From IMG/VR virus record IMGVR_UViG_3300012862_000036, positions 1 to 31,759 of that record: a DNA stretch of 31,759 nt; one strand, written 5' to 3'. The notes beneath the pieces are model-generated. The model ran no database searches, was not told where the DNA came from, and saw nothing but the letters and a program-made list of their open reading frames with translations. A program made the translations under genes and the position numbers. Below, in pieces: positions 16,782-26,169 of the stretch (position 1 is its first letter; each line of letters begins with the position of its first letter). This DNA comes from a virus. Its lineage: Duplodnaviria > Caudoviricetes.

Positions 16782-19035
16782 ACTCCGCGTCTCGGCGGAC
16801 TTCGATGCGTCGCGCTACAGCAAAGGCATGGCGACAAAGGTTGCAGCCGACCAGGCGGGGGCGGCGTCGAGCCGGGCCGTCGGGGCGGCTGTGACCGAGA
16901 CATCGAGCAAGGTGGCGCTGTCTGCCGATCCGCTAGAGCGCCTTAGCCGTCAGTATATTTCGGGCTACCGTGACAGCCAGACGTTCGAGAGGGCGCTGCG
17001 CACGCTAAGCCGCGGCATCGACACGGGCAATGTGTCCATGGATCGCGCGGGGGCGATCCTGGACGGGCTTTATGCCAAGTATGGCAGGATGGCCGACGCC
17101 GCCGAGTTTGCAACTCGTGGACAATTGCAACTGGCCGACGCGATCGATACCGCCAATGCACGCTATGCGCAGCAGGGCGGCCAGCAGAGGGTAATGAATG
17201 GCGGCCAGTTCAACACCGGCAATATCGCGGCTCAGCTGTTCGACGTTGGCGTTACTGCGCCTTTCATGCCGGCCTGGCAGGTGGGGCTGCAGCAGGGATC
17301 GCAACTGTCGCAGGCCTTTTCGGGACAGACCCTAAAACAGAGCATAGCAGGCGTGGGCAGCGCCCTTGTTTCACTAGTCAATCCGGTCTCCATGCTGACG
17401 ATCGGGTTCACGACGCTGACGGCGGTGGGCATCCAAACTTTCATGAGCCTGAAGCATGAAAGCGAGAATGCGTCAGAGTTCTTGGAGCGTCATAGCGCTG
17501 CTCTTGCGTCCGCAGTGGCGGGCTACGATGCCGCCGAGGCTGCCGTTGCTGCTTTCGTCGCGACAGCATCCCGCATGCCGTCAAGTGTGGCGGCGAACCA
17601 GTTGAACGGTCAATTTGCCCAGATCGATGCCGAAATTGAACAATTCCGAGAGCGCGCCGGTTTCGTTGGCAGTGTTTTCGATGGAATCGGGTCGGCAGCG
17701 GAACGCGAGCTTTCTCGGCTGTCCGCGCAGTTCGCCGCCGGATCGATCTCGGCGGAAGAACTCTATCTCGGGCTCGACACGGTCCGCTCGTCGCTCAACG
17801 GTCTCGAGCAGTCTTTTGCCGGTTTCAGCATTCAGGGCCTAATCAATGAAATGGAGCAAGGCGCGCTCAAGACCATCCAGTTCGGCAACGCGATAAACAA
17901 TCTCATTGCACAGTCCCACGCACTTGCCGGCCTCAGTGTCGATGAGGCTCTGGCCGGTTTCTTTGGTCAAAATTCTGTCGAAGGTGCGCTGAAAGCAATG
18001 CAGGGGCTCACGCCCGAATTGCGCACGCAACAGCAGATCCTTGACGACATTTACCAAAAGGCCCTGACCAACCCGACCTTGACAGCGGATGGGCGTGCGG
18101 AACTTTCCGCGGGGCATCAGGCCGCATCCATCGCTCTAGCCACGCAGCGTCAACGGCAGGATGCCATGCGGGCAAGCCAGACGGGACAACAAAGCCTCAA
18201 CCAGTGGCAGTCGGCCAATGACAATTTCCGTCAGCGGCTGGGGCAAACGGAACTGGAAATGCGGCTTCTGGGGCGCTCAACCTACGAAGTAGAGCGGCAG
18301 AAGGCTGCCTTCGACCTGCTCAACCAAGCCAAGTCCGCCGGCATCCCGATCACGACGGAGGTCATTGCGCAAATCAATGCCATGGCCGTCGAGCATGGCG
18401 CCCTGCAGTCACAGATGGAGCAGGTACGCGAGGCGCAGCAACGCCAGGCCGAGACGATGGAATTCTATCGCGGGGTCAATCGCGGCTTCTTCACCGATCT
18501 GAAGCAAGAGCTGATGAACGGCGTGAGCCTCTGGGATGCTTTCGCCAATGCCGGGGCCAATGCGCTAAACAGGATCGCCGATCGCGCTCTGGGTATGGCA
18601 GCCGATGGCATTTTCGATCTGCTCATCGGTGCGATCGGCGGGGCGATCGGCGGCGGCTTCGGGACGATCGGCGTTGGCGGTGTCGGCATTCCTGCTGGCG
18701 GCTTTGTCCCAGGCCTTACCGGACCGCGTCTGTTCGCCCGCGGTACCAATGCCGCGCCGACTGGCTTTGCTTGGGTGGGCGAGGAAGGACCCGAACTGGT
18801 CCGCTTCCGCGGCGGCGAGCAGGTTTATGACAGCCGCCGCTCGATGCAGATGGCGGCAAACCAGAACTTCACTACCGGCAACGCTCCGGTGGTAGTGCAA
18901 GTCATAGACCAGAGGGTTCGCGGCGCGCCAGTTCAGGAGCAACGATCTACCGGACCGGATGGCGAGGACATCATTCGCCTGATCGTGCGGGACGAAGTGA
19001 ACGAGGCGCGTCGGCGCGGGGCGGCGGGCTTCTGA
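16762..19035 (+). CDS. Tail tape measure protein
   Basis: Long Ala/Gln-rich helical protein; NIAAQLFDVGVT...LQQGSQL lambda-TMP-like motif; FARG...GFAWVGEEGPELV near the C-terminus. Confidence 0.9.
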   Translation: MTVQLRELRVSADFDASRYSKGMATKVAADQAGAASSRAVGAAVTETSSKVALSADPLERLSRQYISGYRDSQTFERALRTLSRGIDTGNVSMDRAGAILDGLYAKYGRMADAAEFATRGQLQLADAIDTANARYAQQGGQQRVMNGGQFNTGNIAAQLFDVGVTAPFMPAWQVGLQQGSQLSQAFSGQTLKQSIAGVGSALVSLVNPVSMLTIGFTTLTAVGIQTFMSLKHESENASEFLERHSAALASAVAGYDAAEAAVAAFVATASRMPSSVAANQLNGQFAQIDAEIEQFRERAGFVGSVFDGIGSAAERELSRLSAQFAAGSISAEELYLGLDTVRSSLNGLEQSFAGFSIQGLINEMEQGALKTIQFGNAINNLIAQSHALAGLSVDEALAGFFGQNSVEGALKAMQGLTPELRTQQQILDDIYQKALTNPTLTADGRAELSAGHQAASIALATQRQRQDAMRASQTGQQSLNQWQSANDNFRQRLGQTELEMRLLGRSTYEVERQKAAFDLLNQAKSAGIPITTEVIAQINAMAVEHGALQSQMEQVREAQQRQAETMEFYRGVNRGFFTDLKQELMNGVSLWDAFANAGANALNRIADRALGMAADGIFDLLIGAIGGAIGGGFGTIGVGGVGIPAGGFVPGLTGPRLFARGTNAAPTGFAWVGEEGPELVRFRGGEQVYDSRRSMQMAANQNFTTGNAPVVVQVIDQRVRGAPVQEQRSTGPDGEDIIRLIVRDEVNEARRRGAAGF

Positions 19036-19661
19036 TGCCGGTGCCGTTTCCCGCCTATGCCGGCAGCGCCAAAATCGGGGTTTTGCCCGACCTTGGCGTC
19101 GCCTCTGCTCGCAGTGAGGGTGGGCTGGTCGTGACCTCTCGCAAGTCCGACCCGTTCTGGAGCGGGTCGCTGACGACGATCAAGCTGGAGCCCTGGCAGG
19201 GAGGTAATCGCCATGCGCAGTTCCTGGCCTTCCTCAGCCGCTGCGTCGACCTCAACCTGCGGGTCGATTGGGTGCCGCCGCGGCACCGTCTGCCTGGCGC
19301 CTATACCGCGCAGACATGGCCGCTGATCGGCGACTGCAGCCTGGTCGACGTTCCGGACCAGCGGACGTTGCGGGTGGGTGGAATGCAGGCGGGCCTAGTG
19401 TTGAGCGCCGGCGACCGTGTCGCCGTATTGCAGGGCGACAGCGTGGTGCATCGCTGGGTGGCCGAAGACGTGATCGTGTCGAGCGCGATCGCGCAGAACA
19501 TTGCAGTGACACCGCGCCTGCCGATAGGCCTCCTGGCCCCGGCCGCTGTAGTGAAGCTGAAGGATCCGGTGTTGCGCTTCATGGTGGAGCCCGGCAGCTG
19601 GGACACCCATGAAGCGAGCGAGCCGACCGCAATCACTTTCAGCGTAATGGAGGCGGTTTGA
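19035..19661 (+). CDS. Putative distal tail protein
   Basis: TGATG-coupled directly after the tape measure; P.W...L, GL.L..GD, V.P.L and F...E motifs; synteny. Confidence 0.65.
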   Translation: MPVPFPAYAGSAKIGVLPDLGVASARSEGGLVVTSRKSDPFWSGSLTTIKLEPWQGGNRHAQFLAFLSRCVDLNLRVDWVPPRHRLPGAYTAQTWPLIGDCSLVDVPDQRTLRVGGMQAGLVLSAGDRVAVLQGDSVVHRWVAEDVIVSSAIAQNIAVTPRLPIGLLAPAAVVKLKDPVLRFMVEPGSWDTHEASEPTAITFSVMEAV

Positions 19662-20449
19662 TGAAACCGCACTCTCCCGAGCTGATCGAGGAACTTGCCG
19701 CCGGGCGTGTCGACGTGCGCGATGCCATCGAACTCTATTTCGATAGTGGCGTGGTGCGGCTGGTGATCGGGGTCAAAGGGCAGTTCGGATGGGATGATGC
19801 CTCGGGCGTACTGCCACCTTGGCGAGTCGGTTCGGTCGGTGTCGGCGATCTCTGGGACGATGCCATGCTCTGGGACGATGCCATGGCCGATGACCTGTCT
19901 GGAGAGGATCTCTGGAGTGATGCAGGTTGGTGGCGCGACGACCGGAGCGACGGTGCGCCGCTGGGCGACGCGACCTATTTCGGCAGTGGCCAGCTGGTGG
20001 CCATCGAGGTGCCTGAAAACGCACTGGGGCTGGAAAGCCGTGCCATCACCGCCCGGGTGCTGGAGACCTATCTGCCGGAGGGGTCGGACATAGCTGTCAA
20101 CACGTTTGACGACGGCGTGCGCGCCAGCATCGACGAAGAAGAGTGGGAGGGCCGCCCGGCCGTCCTGTCGACCTTCTGGTTCGACCAGAATGGCACGCCC
20201 ATCCTGCGTGAACAGGTGGCGGTGCGGACAATGGACCAGATGCTGATCGAAACCGATGAGCGGGGCGAACCGATTCGATCCCTGGTGCTTGAGGAGCCCG
20301 ACATCATGCAGCGCGACATCGAGGGCAAGACAGCCAATGCAGCCTTTCAGGCCCTGATCGACCCAACCGATAGGGCCTTCGAACATGTGGCGGCGTCGGA
20401 ACGGCAAAAGATCAATTTCGGGCGCCGGCCGGAAGGAACGCTGACATGA
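19661..20449 (+). CDS. Putative tail tip/hub protein carrying a Trp/Asp-rich insertion
   Basis: Follows the distal tail gene; TY.G.G.L..I, EWEGRP and Q..IDP.D..FE motifs; internal WDD repeats. Confidence 0.65.
   Translation: MKPHSPELIEELAAGRVDVRDAIELYFDSGVVRLVIGVKGQFGWDDASGVLPPWRVGSVGVGDLWDDAMLWDDAMADDLSGEDLWSDAGWWRDDRSDGAPLGDATYFGSGQLVAIEVPENALGLESRAITARVLETYLPEGSDIAVNTFDDGVRASIDEEEWEGRPAVLSTFWFDQNGTPILREQVAVRTMDQMLIETDERGEPIRSLVLEEPDIMQRDIEGKTANAAFQALIDPTDRAFEHVAASERQKINFGRRPEGTLT
19850..19885 (+). repeat. Perfect 18-bp tandem duplication (CTCTGGGACGATGCCATG x2; LWDDAM x2)
   Basis: Units read directly at 19850-19867 and 19868-19885. Confidence 0.9.
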
Positions 20450-21777
20450 CCTTGCTCCCGATCGTCAACGGCGAGCCGTGGAAGGCCCGCATTCAGGAGG
20501 CCGTCGATGCCTGGTTCGGTCCTGCCGCCTATCCCAACCTGACCACTGATGGAGAACGCCGCATGCGCATGAACCAGATCGCCGTCGATGTCGGCCTGCC
20601 TCTCGCAGCTGATCGCGAAAGCTTGGTCCAGGTGCGGGTCAAATTCAATGCGATCATTGCGGCGGCAAACGTAGGGGGCGGTCCGTGGTTCGATGCCTTC
20701 ATGGCCGCCCAGTCGGATGGGTTCTATTTTGACTTCACCAAGACGGACAGGACGTTCCAAGGAGGCCTGACCGCGCTTGTTGGCGGGGAAATAGTTTCAG
20801 ACGACATTGGCGAGGCGATGGGCTTGGTTCTCAGCCAGCGTTTGTGGAACGGCAAGACCTTCGTGCAGATGCTCGGCGAGCAGGCCGAGCGCGTGGTCAA
20901 TGGCGGGTTTGCAGGCAACCTCTCCGGCTGGACCGCCGATCCGACCTGGAGCCATTCGGCTGGCACCGCCCTGGCCAACGGTTCGAACGGCAGCCTCCTG
21001 ACCGCAACGCAGATCATGGATGCGGGCAAGCTGCACTACATTGCCATGCAAGTGGTGACCAGGACCGCTGGCGCCATCGGGGTCTACCGTGCGTCGGGCG
21101 GCAACCAGGCCGCCAGCCTCAATGCGGTGGGCAGTTACTTCGCATTTATGCTCCCCAGCGTGACGAATGCACTGCAGCTGGCTGGCATCGGCTTTGCCGG
21201 CGCGGTGGATAATGTCTCAGTCAAGCAAGTGCCGGGACATTATGCCAACCAGGCCAACGGCAATCTGAAGCCCAGCCGCCAGGTGGGTGGAGCGAAGTTT
21301 GACGGCAGCGACGACAACTTGCTGTCTACATATTCGGCCGGGCCCGGGGCCAACTTCATTGCTGGCCTGCTGACAGTCCCGCCTGTGATCTCCGCCAATC
21401 AGTATGTGTGCGGAATCGGAAGTGGCTCTGGCGGGCGTTTCTTCCTCGGCTTCAACCCGGCCGGAAACTTCGGCGGCGGCGTGGGAGACACTCTGATCTC
21501 GGCGCTGAGCGATGCTGTGGATTGGCGCGGCCAGACCGAGGTGTTCGCTCTCAGCTTCGAAGCTGGCGTGGCAACGCTTTTCACTGCGGCCGGTACCACC
21601 ACTCTTGCGCCATCCGGTGTGCCCGACACCGCTGCACTCTTCAGAATTGGGGCCATCAACAATTCAGGTGCAGCCACCAACCACTTCGGCGGCACGATCG
21701 GCAAACTGATCGCCGGACGTTCGGCACTGACCCAGTCCCTGTTCAACCAGATCCGCAATCGCCTCAAAGCTGCATAG
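20446..21777 (+). CDS. Putative accessory fibre/adsorption protein with carbohydrate-binding and LamG-like beta domains
   Basis: VVNGGF....SGW...DNVSVKQVPG (CBM-like insert), FDGSDD.L, FRIGA...F.G.I; Gly/Asn-rich. Confidence 0.6.
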   Translation: MTLLPIVNGEPWKARIQEAVDAWFGPAAYPNLTTDGERRMRMNQIAVDVGLPLAADRESLVQVRVKFNAIIAAANVGGGPWFDAFMAAQSDGFYFDFTKTDRTFQGGLTALVGGEIVSDDIGEAMGLVLSQRLWNGKTFVQMLGEQAERVVNGGFAGNLSGWTADPTWSHSAGTALANGSNGSLLTATQIMDAGKLHYIAMQVVTRTAGAIGVYRASGGNQAASLNAVGSYFAFMLPSVTNALQLAGIGFAGAVDNVSVKQVPGHYANQANGNLKPSRQVGGAKFDGSDDNLLSTYSAGPGANFIAGLLTVPPVISANQYVCGIGSGSGGRFFLGFNPAGNFGGGVGDTLISALSDAVDWRGQTEVFALSFEAGVATLFTAAGTTTLAPSGVPDTAALFRIGAINNSGAATNHFGGTIGKLIAGRSALTQSLFNQIRNRLKAA

Positions 21778-21786
21778 GAGCAAGCC

Positions 21787-22194
21787 ATGAACCTGCCTTA
21801 TATCGCGCTCGTCACCGACGCCAAAAGGAACGACCTCAACCGGGTCTTTGCTGCCATGGGCTGGGGGCCAGAGAACTTCACCCGCAAATGCTGCGCCATC
21901 GATCCGGCAGCCACCTCGGAAACCCCGCCGACACACTGGCTCACCAGTGCCGCCGGCGCGACCAGTAGCGATGTCGCCATGCTGCAGGCAATGACGAATG
22001 GCGACCTGCCCATCCTGCCGATGGGCGTGGTCTGGGGAGAGAATGACGTGATCTCTGCGGCCGAGGCCATGGCGGCCTGCAACGGCTCGGTGTTCCACGT
22101 CTACTCGGCGGCAGGCGAAATCGAACCGGTCGATCATGTCGCAGCCGTCCTGGCGTCGAAAGGGCTGCAATACGTCCCCTATCCCGACGTCTGA
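21787..22194 (+). CDS. Hypothetical protein (possible partner of the upstream fibre-like protein)
   Basis: AGGAG RBS; good codon usage; followed by a terminator. Confidence 0.7.
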   Translation: MNLPYIALVTDAKRNDLNRVFAAMGWGPENFTRKCCAIDPAATSETPPTHWLTSAAGATSSDVAMLQAMTNGDLPILPMGVVWGENDVISAAEAMAACNGSVFHVYSAAGEIEPVDHVAAVLASKGLQYVPYPDV

Positions 22195-22220
22195 TCCGCT
22201 GACCATCAAAGTCTGCTCCC

Positions 22221-22245
22221 GCCTGGCCATCGAGCCGGGCTTTTT
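22221..22245 (+). terminator. Intrinsic terminator-like hairpin
   Basis: GCCTGGC-catcga-GCCGGGC followed by TTTTT. Confidence 0.6.
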
Positions 22246-22270
22246 ACTTGCCCGATGACAGGAGGCTTCA

Positions 22271-22546
22271 ATGGCCGTCACCAGAACTGAAATCCTCGCC
22301 GCAGGCGATACGAAGGCCGAATCGTCAGTGGTATCGGTGGAGCTGGGCACGATGGCCACGGTGTGCCTGAAAGGCGCAACCAACGGGGACCTTGTCGTCC
22401 TCGAGATCCAGGACGATGCCGGAGGCTGGCAGCCGACGGGTCTCGTTCTGACCGGGCAATCTCCTAGCCAGTCGCTCATCGGTCCAGGGAACTATCGCTT
22501 GGTGCGCCGCTCCGGCGGTGCCTGCGGAGCCTTCAAGGTCGTCTGA
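22271..22546 (+). CDS. Small beta-rich hypothetical virion protein
   Basis: Strong AGGAGG RBS; beta-strand pattern ending GPGNYRLVR. Confidence 0.7.
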   Translation: MAVTRTEILAAGDTKAESSVVSVELGTMATVCLKGATNGDLVVLEIQDDAGGWQPTGLVLTGQSPSQSLIGPGNYRLVRRSGGACGAFKVV

Positions 22547-22559
22547 TCGGAAACTTCGC

Positions 22560-23006
22560 ATGTGGAAGCCTCCAACGATACCCGAGCGCCACCCGGGCTG
22601 GGAGCGTGCCTATGTCGCGATCCTCAGTGAGCAGCTGGCCCGGCCCTTCAACTGGACGCCGACCGCGCATTGCCTGGGCACACCGGCCTTGCTGTGCGCC
22701 GGGATGACCGGGGTGGACCCGATGCATGGCCTCAAGCGGTATTCCACCGAAGCGGGTGCCTGGAAACAGCTTTTCAGACTTGGGTTCAAGGACGTGGAAG
22801 GCGTGCTCGAAGCAGTGTTTCCGGAAATAGACCTGTTGCGGGCCCGGCGTGGGGATTGCGGCATTCTCGACCAGCAGGTCGATGGCCGGACCGCGATCGC
22901 CACCTTCGTCGTTATGGGCGACCGCGCGGTAGGACGCAGTGATCGTGGCCCGGTTTATGTGCCCGTCGCCGCGCTGCGGCGCTGTTTTGCCATCGGAGAG
23001 CCCTGA
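22560..23006 (+). CDS. NlpC/P60-like tail tip assembly protein
   Basis: R.PGWE, PF.W....HC, A.TG.DP, ARRGD.G motifs; TGATG-coupled to the large tail tip gene. Confidence 0.7.
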   Translation: MWKPPTIPERHPGWERAYVAILSEQLARPFNWTPTAHCLGTPALLCAGMTGVDPMHGLKRYSTEAGAWKQLFRLGFKDVEGVLEAVFPEIDLLRARRGDCGILDQQVDGRTAIATFVVMGDRAVGRSDRGPVYVPVAALRRCFAIGEP

Positions 23007-25966
23007 TGCCACAGGTTGCGCCGCTTCTGGGCACTATCGCTCTTAACCTGGCCATTGGCGTTGGTACCTCGCTGCTGGCTGGCGCTCTTCGACCCCAGAG
23101 CAAGTCGTTGGCAGGCGTCAACACGCAGCGCGGCCTCAGCTTCGAGGTCGAGGTGGGTGAGAGCGCCGCCGTGCGCGCCGTCTTCGGTCTCGGGCGTGCC
23201 AATGGTCGCCTGGCCTATGTCAATGAATACGGCGCAGATAACGAATACCTGCAGATGGTGATCGATATCGGCCACGGCTGGCATGATGGCCTTGAGCACT
23301 TTCTGGTCGACGAAAAGCCGGTCGAGCTGGCCGGGTCCAATGCCGAACCGCGCGGCCGCTCGGTCGTGCCCTATACCGTGAACGGCGAGCCCTATCTCTG
23401 GGTCAAATACTACACTGGCGCCCCCGGCCAGGTGGCCGACCCGCTATTGGTGGCCAATGCCAATCCAGCCGGACGCTGGACCGCGCAGCACAGGTTCACC
23501 GGCACGGCCTATATGATCATCACCGTGCGCTACAATGCCGATCTCTATGGCGGCACCGTGCCGCGCTTCGGCTCGGTCTGGCGGGGCCTGCGCCTCCTCG
23601 ACTGGCGTGTGCCGGGCGCCGTATGGGGCGACGCCTCGACCTATGTCTTCAGCCGCAATCCTGCGGTCATCCGCTACAACTTCCGGCGCGGGATTTTCGT
23701 CAACGGCGTCAAGGTGCTCGGCCAAGGCTTTCCGTCATTTGCCTGCGACCTGGCTGCCTACACCGCCGCGGCCAATCGATGCGACGAGAGCTTTTACGAT
23801 CCGGTGTCGCACAAGACCTTCCCGATCTTCGAATACGGTCGGCAGATCAGCGACGACGAGGAGAAGCTCGCCGTGCTGCGCGAGATCGACCAAAGCTATT
23901 GCGGCTCCAGCTTCAAGCGCGGCGGCGCCGACGTGCCGCTCCCGGCCCAGCAGCTCGTGCCGATCATGACCCTCAAGGACATCGACCGGCTGGGCGGCGA
24001 GCCGATCCGCGTTGATCGCAAGGGTGTCGTTAGCCAGAAAAAGACCATGTGGCACGGTCAGTTCGTCAGTCACGATTCCGGCTGGGCCCAGGCGCCGTTC
24101 ACCCCACGCATCAATGAGGACCTGGAAAGCGTCCTGGGCGGTCGCCGCGCAGAGGCGCTCAACCAGAACTACGAGCACCTGCAGGAGCGCGCGCAGCTGC
24201 GCGCGGAAATCGCGCTGCGGCGGCAATTCTACCCCGCGACGCGCGAAGAGAGCTTTGCACCCAAAGCCCTGGTACTCGAGCCCGGCGACCCGTTCATTCG
24301 CGATAGCGACTGGGGCCCGATGCTGATGGTGGTCGAGCGCGTCGAGCCGGTGGTGAAGGACGGCGCCCGCGTTGGCGCCCGGGTGGTTGCCAGTCAATGG
24401 GACAATGCGATCGTGCCGGCCTCGGGCGACAGCTTTGTGGCGCTGCCCAGCGGACCCGGCGTCGGCCAGGCCGATCCTGACCGCACGATTGCCGTGTCGG
24501 GTTTCGACGTGGTCGCATATCAGCGTTCTGGCGGCGGCGCGGTGCACCCGCATGCCAAGGCCAGCTGGACGCCGATCACCGATCCCAATGTCGATCAGGT
24601 CATGATCCGCATCTGGCCCGCCGATGGGGCCGAGGCCGAAGACAGCGAGGACTATTTTGCGTCGGCGCGCCTGCAGTCGAACCGCGTCTTCGGGCCGCTG
24701 CAGCCGCTCACCGCCTATAAGGCCAAAGCCATTCCCGTCCGTGCCGATGGTCGCGCCTGCGTCTGGACCAATATCAAGGAATTCACCACCGGCGCCCAGG
24801 AAGTGCCGGCGGAAGTGGCCGATGGCAGCGTCGGGCTTCAAAAGCTGGCTCAGGAACTGCGCAATGAGCGCGGCGTGCTGGTTGGCAGCGGTACCGGGAC
24901 GCTGGCGGCGCGCCTGGTCGAGCTGGAAACGCGGCTTGCCCAGGCCGAAACCACGGGGTTGCTTGATCAGGCCAATCTCAAGGAGCGGACGCAGCTACTC
25001 AATGCGGCGAATGGCAGGGCCCTGGCCGCAATCGCCCAGACCCGTCGCGTCATTGCCGAGGAAAGCAAGGCCCTCGCTGAGCTGATCGATGAGGTGGCGG
25101 TCGAGATCGCCGAGAATGTCACCGCTGGCGGTCTATTCCAGATCACCGGCCTCATCGACCAGGGTCAGGCACGGGCGCAGGTGCTGATGAAGGTACGAGC
25201 CTCGGTTGCCGACCTTTTCGCCGACGCCGCACTGCGCCTGGTCGCCGAAGCCAGCGAACTTGGCGAGGCGCTGTCCTTCGTCGACATCATGGCCGATCGG
25301 ATGCGCTTCATCTCGACGAGCGGGGCCATTCTATCAGTGCCGTTCCAGGTCGTTGGCGGCGAGGTCCAGATCGATACCGCCGTGGTCAGGAACCTGACAG
25401 GCGCGAACATCGCCTTCGAAAGCATGACGGGTGACAAGTTCGTCGCCGGGACGATCGGTGCGGATCGGATCAAGGTTGCCGAGCTGGCCGCCAATGCCGG
25501 GTTTCTCAATAGCCTTGTCGTCGGCACGGCGAATATCGGTGTCGCCGTCATCGGGACGTTGCAGCTGGCCGATGGCGCGGTCACCGACGCCTATAAGGCC
25601 ATGATCGACAGCAACACAGTGACAGGCGCGACCTACGGCTCGCTCACCGTTCCGGCCAGCGACTTTCCGCCCGCCATTTCCGCCTATGCCGAGCTGGCCG
25701 CTTATTCATCCTCGAGCTTCGATTCCGTCGACATGGTCTACGTGCTCGAATGCATCCAAGGATCGACGGTGATCGAGCTGGATCGCAAGATCGTCAAGAC
25801 CTGGCGCTTTGGCGGCGGCGGCTTTCAGTGGGCGCCGGTCCTTCTGAGCTATGCCGGCTATTCCGGCCGGTCCAACAGCTCTTCCAGCTTCAGAATTCGC
25901 ACGCTCAACGGGAGCGACCTCATGATTGCATTTCTGCGCTTCAGCGTCACAAGGGCCAAAAAATGA
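23006..25966 (+). CDS. Central tail tip/host-specificity protein (gpJ-like)
   Basis: 986 aa; G.PGQ.AD, WT..HR..G.AY, NPA, LEPGD, FN3-like segment, coiled coil, ADR.RF..PF.V.GG.V.I, beta-helix-like repeats. Confidence 0.85.
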   Translation: MPQVAPLLGTIALNLAIGVGTSLLAGALRPQSKSLAGVNTQRGLSFEVEVGESAAVRAVFGLGRANGRLAYVNEYGADNEYLQMVIDIGHGWHDGLEHFLVDEKPVELAGSNAEPRGRSVVPYTVNGEPYLWVKYYTGAPGQVADPLLVANANPAGRWTAQHRFTGTAYMIITVRYNADLYGGTVPRFGSVWRGLRLLDWRVPGAVWGDASTYVFSRNPAVIRYNFRRGIFVNGVKVLGQGFPSFACDLAAYTAAANRCDESFYDPVSHKTFPIFEYGRQISDDEEKLAVLREIDQSYCGSSFKRGGADVPLPAQQLVPIMTLKDIDRLGGEPIRVDRKGVVSQKKTMWHGQFVSHDSGWAQAPFTPRINEDLESVLGGRRAEALNQNYEHLQERAQLRAEIALRRQFYPATREESFAPKALVLEPGDPFIRDSDWGPMLMVVERVEPVVKDGARVGARVVASQWDNAIVPASGDSFVALPSGPGVGQADPDRTIAVSGFDVVAYQRSGGGAVHPHAKASWTPITDPNVDQVMIRIWPADGAEAEDSEDYFASARLQSNRVFGPLQPLTAYKAKAIPVRADGRACVWTNIKEFTTGAQEVPAEVADGSVGLQKLAQELRNERGVLVGSGTGTLAARLVELETRLAQAETTGLLDQANLKERTQLLNAANGRALAAIAQTRRVIAEESKALAELIDEVAVEIAENVTAGGLFQITGLIDQGQARAQVLMKVRASVADLFADAALRLVAEASELGEALSFVDIMADRMRFISTSGAILSVPFQVVGGEVQIDTAVVRNLTGANIAFESMTGDKFVAGTIGADRIKVAELAANAGFLNSLVVGTANIGVAVIGTLQLADGAVTDAYKAMIDSNTVTGATYGSLTVPASDFPPAISAYAELAAYSSSSFDSVDMVYVLECIQGSTVIELDRKIVKTWRFGGGGFQWAPVLLSYAGYSGRSNSSSSFRIRTLNGSDLMIAFLRFSVTRAKK

Positions 25967-26169
25967 ACGACCTGATCCTGTTCTCCACCTTCGACATCGC
26001 CACCGGCACAATCCTCCAGACCCTAGCCTGCAGCGATATCCACGGCGTCGATGCGCAGTGCGATGAGACGACGGACTATGTCTTCGGCCACTGGGACCGC
26101 ACCCTCTATGTGGTGCGGGACGGTGAGGCGGTGCTGCGCGAAACGCTTCCCCCAGGAGAGACAGCATGA
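25963..26169 (+). CDS. Small hypothetical tail protein (68 aa)
   Basis: ATGA overlaps at both ends (MNDLILF...PPGETA). Confidence 0.7.
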   Translation: MNDLILFSTFDIATGTILQTLACSDIHGVDAQCDETTDYVFGHWDRTLYVVRDGEAVLRETLPPGETA

